Positions 28,317 through 32,000 of a stretch of 32,000 nucleotides of DNA are shown here, in pieces. Positions within the stretch are counted from its first letter, which is position 1. Each line of letters begins with the position of its first letter. The DNA lies in contig NC_014972.1 in the NCBI RefSeq assembly GCF_000186885.1, positions 330,001 to 362,000 of the forward strand, given 5' to 3'. Made by a program: the position numbers and the translations under genes. Below the pieces are notes generated by a model, which saw nothing but the letters and a program-made list of their open reading frames with translations, was not told the origin of the DNA and did no database searches. This stretch comes from Desulfobulbus propionicus DSM 2032. Its GTDB lineage: Bacteria > Desulfobacterota > Desulfobulbia > Desulfobulbales > Desulfobulbaceae.

Positions 28317-29415
28317 TATTCAAAACAAAATTAATTGTTTTCGTGGTCTTGCTATAATAGGAGTGTTAATTATACATTCCTCGGCGCCAATTATTAATCC
28401 AAAATTTCAAAGTCCTTCTATATGGATTGATATTACAATAATATTTAATCAAATCTCACGTTACAGTGTGCCATTATTTTTTTTTATATCAGGATTTTTA
28501 TATGGAAATATTTATTCTGAAAAAAATATTAATTATATTTATTTCATAAAACGACGTTTTGTTAAAATAATAATACCTTTTATAATTTGGTCAATCATAT
28601 ATTTAATATTACGGTTGACAACAGGTGATATTGAAAGTGATGAAATTAATTTTATTAATTTAATCAAAATTGTCATCACGGGTTCAGCTTATGGTCATTT
28701 ATATTTTATACCTTCGATATTTCAATTTTATCTTTTATTGCCATTAATCTTGTGGATTTCAAAAAAAATATTCAATTCCTATATTGAATATTTTTATTTA
28801 TTTGTCTTAATTATTTTATTTAGCATTGTTTACGAAGTGAGGATAGTCAATTTATTAAGCAATAAAAATGATTTAATTTTTCTAAAAAGTTATTGGTTTT
28901 ATTGGTGGTACCCATTTGCAGCAATAGGTATATTGGTTGGATTAGGTTCAAATATTATTTTTAAAATTAATAAAAAATTATTATTTATAGGAGCTTGCAT
29001 TTTTTTATATATAATTTGCTACGAATATATAAAAGCTTTCCATGAATGGCCCAAATTTTCAGATACTATTGGTAATATATTAGATATTAATCAAATCGCC
29101 ACTTTTTTGCGACCAGGAGCTTACTGGTATGCTCTAAGTGTTTGTTTTTTACTTTTTCGGTGTATCTATAGTAATAGTATTTTAGAGTTTACATTGATTA
29201 GTTCTTTTGGTAAATATTCTTTTGGAATTTACTTTTTACATCCTATGATCAATAAAATTATTATTAAATTTATAAAATTATTAGAAGTTGACCTAACTCA
29301 TAATTTATGGAGTAGTATAATACTGTTTTTTATAGGTTCCAGTCTAACTTATGTAATAGTTGCACAATGTTCAAAAATAAAAGATTCTGAATATTTTTTT
29401 GGAACTGTTCGATAA
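28300..29415 (+). CDS. Acyltransferase 3 family membrane protein
   Basis: NKINCFRGLAIIGVLIIHSSAP...SVPLFFFISGFLYG...FIKRRFVKIIIPFIIWSIIYLI...SFGKYSFGIYFLHPMINKIII. Confidence 0.88.
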   Translation: MIVNYNIQNKINCFRGLAIIGVLIIHSSAPIINPKFQSPSIWIDITIIFNQISRYSVPLFFFISGFLYGNIYSEKNINYIYFIKRRFVKIIIPFIIWSIIYLILRLTTGDIESDEINFINLIKIVITGSAYGHLYFIPSIFQFYLLLPLILWISKKIFNSYIEYFYLFVLIILFSIVYEVRIVNLLSNKNDLIFLKSYWFYWWYPFAAIGILVGLGSNIIFKINKKLLFIGACIFLYIICYEYIKAFHEWPKFSDTIGNILDINQIATFLRPGAYWYALSVCFLLFRCIYSNSILEFTLISSFGKYSFGIYFLHPMINKIIIKFIKLLEVDLTHNLWSSIILFFIGSSLTYVIVAQCSKIKDSEYFFGTVR

Positions 29416-29427
29416 TAAACATAGACC

Positions 29428-30917
29428 ATGATAATTAAAAGGATAATATTTAACGTTTTATCAAACTACGCTCACCTTTTTATTTCAGTTGTTTTGGCCT
29501 TGGTAATGTCACCATTTATTGTACATACCTTGGGGGATTTTTTTTACGGGGTATGGTCAATAATAGCAGCAATAACCGGATACTTTTCACTTCTCGATCT
29601 TGGAATAAATAGGGCAATAGTTCGATATATTTCAAAATATGAAGCAGAAAATAATATCAACGCTTTAAATAAATTTTTCAACACAAGTTTATTATTGTTT
29701 GTTTTTTTAGGTTTGCTAATCGTATTGGCAACATTTATTACTACATTTTATCTCGATACAATTCTGGATTTAAAAGAATATTCGACTATATCAAAAATCG
29801 TATTTTTAATAGTTGGCATTGATTTTGCTTTTTCATTTCCATTTGGAGCTATTTATGCAGTTATTATAGCTAAACAACGGCACACAATTGCTAATAAAAT
29901 TAATATAATTAGTAGCATATCGAGAAATTGTGCGATTTACGCATCACTTTCGTTTATGCCTGATATTGTTATTCTTGCCGTGTGTAATGTGTTTTTCAAT
30001 TTAATAAGAAATTTTTGTATTTTTTATGAAGCAAAAAAAATATCTCCGGAAATTTCTTATAAATTGACATTTTTTGATAAAAAAATAATTAGAAATATTT
30101 TTAATTACAGCCTGTATAGTTTCGCTGTATCAGTCTCTTCAAGAATCATAAGTTTCACCGACGAAATAGTTGTTGGACTCTTCTTGACGGTAAGCGATGT
30201 TACTTACTACGCTATTGCTGTTAATCTAGTCACTTATTTTGAAAAATTGATATGGGCTGGTGCTAGTGTTTTAGTTCCTTATATCAGTCAATTAGACTCA
30301 TCCAATGACCATGAAGGGATAGAAAGGGCTTTTTACCAATCCTTTAAATATACTCTTCTTTTTACCCTTTTTATATTCTTTGGCATTATATTTTTAGGGC
30401 GTCCCTTTATCGATATATGGATGGGGGAGACGTATGGAGAAAAAGCCTTTCCTGTTTTAATAATCCTAGCAACTGCTAAAGTTGTATCGCACGGGCAATC
30501 GATTACTATTGCGCGTTTTTTAGGGACAAGTAATCATAAATTCCTTGGTATTATTAATTCGTTGGAAGCTTTATCAAATTTGGTGCTTAGTTTATTTCTA
30601 GTTGTGCATTATCAATTAATAGGGGTTGCTATAGGAACTTGATCCCCTGTCTAATTTTTAATGGTGTCATCCTGCCAGTCTACACTGTGTATTCATTTAA
30701 GATTCAACCTTCAGTTTTCTTGAAAAAGGCTCTCTTCGGGCCGTTGGCCACCTTTTCGATATCCTGTTTGATAATTTACAAATTAGATCTTACTTCACTG
30801 AGATACAGCGACCTGCTTTTAAATGGTTTCCTGATGTCTTTTATATTTGGTATATTTAGCTTAATGGTTTGTCTAGATTTAAGATTATACAGGAGAGTTG
30901 CTTCTAAAAATGAATAA
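29428..30917 (+). pseudogene. Wzx-type polysaccharide flippase (oligosaccharide translocase family) with C-terminal frameshift
   Basis: ORF 29428-30642 (IIFNVLSNYAHLFISVVLALVMSPFIVHTLGDFFYGVWSIIAAITGYFSLLDLGINRAIVRYISKYEAENN) ends ...GVAIGT*. The overlapping ORF 30639-30917 supplies LIPCLIFNGVILPVYTVYSFK... ; one missing nt at about 30638-30641 joins them. Confidence 0.85.
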
Positions 30918-32000
30918 GTTTAAAATCGCTATCATACGCCCCATTGGCTATCCTATTGATTTAAAATCATATAATTCTCAAGAAATAGGTCTCGCTAGGG
31001 CGTTAACGCTTCAGGGGGTAAATGTAGATGTTTTTTTGGCAGGTAGGACTTCAAAACCAGAGAGACAAAAAATAGTTACTACGGGGGAGGGAGAGCTACA
31101 CGTCTATCAATTGCCCTATTATAAAATCCCTGAAATAGATCATGCTATTTATCCTCATTTGAAAGGAATTTTAATTAAAAACCAATACAATCTTTTCCAT
31201 GTCAATGAAGAAAACGAAATCACGTCTTTCCTTGTTGCTAAATTGGGAAAGAAAATTGGTGTTCCAGTCGTTATTTATCAAGGTATGTATCAACAACTTA
31301 CGGGTCGAATTAGGGCAGCGTTTCAAACATTATATGATCATACTGTGTTACCTTGGTTAAGCAAGAATATTTATTTGGCTCTTGCAAAAACTACCAGTGC
31401 AGAAAAACATTTAAAAATGAAAGGTTTTGAAAATACTTTAGTAATGCCTGTGGGGCTGGACACATCTGCATTTGATAACCCTACCGAGATAGATTGGCGC
31501 GCCAAGCTTAAAATTTCCCGCCAGGCGAAGATAATTCTTTACATAGGAGTGTTTGAAAAAAGACGTAACATCCAGTTTCTGTTGGATTTGGCAAAATTAT
31601 TTATAAATAAAAGCGATTTATTTTTTGTTTTTGTTGGCAAGGGAGATGAATTTGAAACAGCTAAAATTCGCACGGAAAAAGAACAGCTTGTGAATGTCAG
31701 GTTACCAGGCCATATACCTCAAAGCGAGTTGCCTTCCTTATACAAAGAAGGTACACTTTTTTTGTTACCGAGTAATTATGAAATATACGGAATGGTTGTT
31801 TTGGAATCGATGTTTTTTGGCGTTCCTGTGATATCTACATCAACAGCTGGTCCAAAAGATATCATTGAGAATGGTATTGATGGTTACTTATTAGATAATT
31901 TAAGTCAAGAACTATGGATAAATTTAATGAACCAAGTGTTAGAAAATGACAACTTGCATTTATTTTTAAAAAATAATGCAATAAATAAAATAATTTCAAA
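30910..32000 (+). CDS. GT4 family glycosyltransferase, 3'-truncated by the window edge
   Basis: ATG 30910: MNKFKIAIIRPIGYPIDLKSYNSQEIGLARALTLQGVNVDVFLAG...LYIGVFEKRRNIQFLLDLAKLF...VFVGKGDEFETAK...LLPSNYEIYGMVVLESMFFGVPVISTSTAGPKDIIENGIDGYLL; no stop before 32000. Confidence 0.88.
   Translation, partial: MNKFKIAIIRPIGYPIDLKSYNSQEIGLARALTLQGVNVDVFLAGRTSKPERQKIVTTGEGELHVYQLPYYKIPEIDHAIYPHLKGILIKNQYNLFHVNEENEITSFLVAKLGKKIGVPVVIYQGMYQQLTGRIRAAFQTLYDHTVLPWLSKNIYLALAKTTSAEKHLKMKGFENTLVMPVGLDTSAFDNPTEIDWRAKLKISRQAKIILYIGVFEKRRNIQFLLDLAKLFINKSDLFFVFVGKGDEFETAKIRTEKEQLVNVRLPGHIPQSELPSLYKEGTLFLLPSNYEIYGMVVLESMFFGVPVISTSTAGPKDIIENGIDGYLLDNLSQELWINLMNQVLENDNLHLFLKNNAINKIIS

Overview
The window is an exosortase (PEP-CTERM type) associated exopolysaccharide/O-antigen biosynthesis locus. 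All convincing genes are on the + strand. Order: 5'-truncated exosortase, PEP-CTERM-type polysaccharide deacetylase (frameshifted at a G7 run), FemAB-like protein, a gene encoding two tandem GT2 glycosyltransferase domains, asparagine-synthase-like amidotransferase, hexapeptide acetyltransferase, three GT4-type glycosyltransferases, a tightly packed modification cassette (GNAT, HAD, DegT aminotransferase, GtrB-like GT2, FAD oxidoreductase, ATP-grasp, GT2, flippase-like LPG-synthase TM protein), a GT39-like membrane protein, a large RGLX/YetA-like putative polysaccharide lyase/hydrolase (frameshifted), a second polysaccharide deacetylase, then an AT-rich O-antigen-like block (DegT-like protein, Wzy/ligase, acyltransferase-3, Wzx flippase with a frameshift, GT4 running off the window end). 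The double-GT2 gene is interrupted by a complete 1317-bp IS5-like element. I could delimit it by imperfect 17-bp terminal inverted repeats and a 4-bp TTTT target duplication; removing it restores an 813-codon reading frame. The most notable items are the fused double GT2 and its precise IS interruption, three single-locus frameshifts, the lyase-like gene without an evident signal peptide inside a biosynthetic locus, the FAD-oxidoreductase/ATP-grasp/aminotransferase cassette, and a composition break inside the aminotransferase gene near 26.1-26.4 kb. I see no tRNA, rRNA, CRISPR array or defence system. I cannot claim a proven novel system; the modification cassette is the best candidate.
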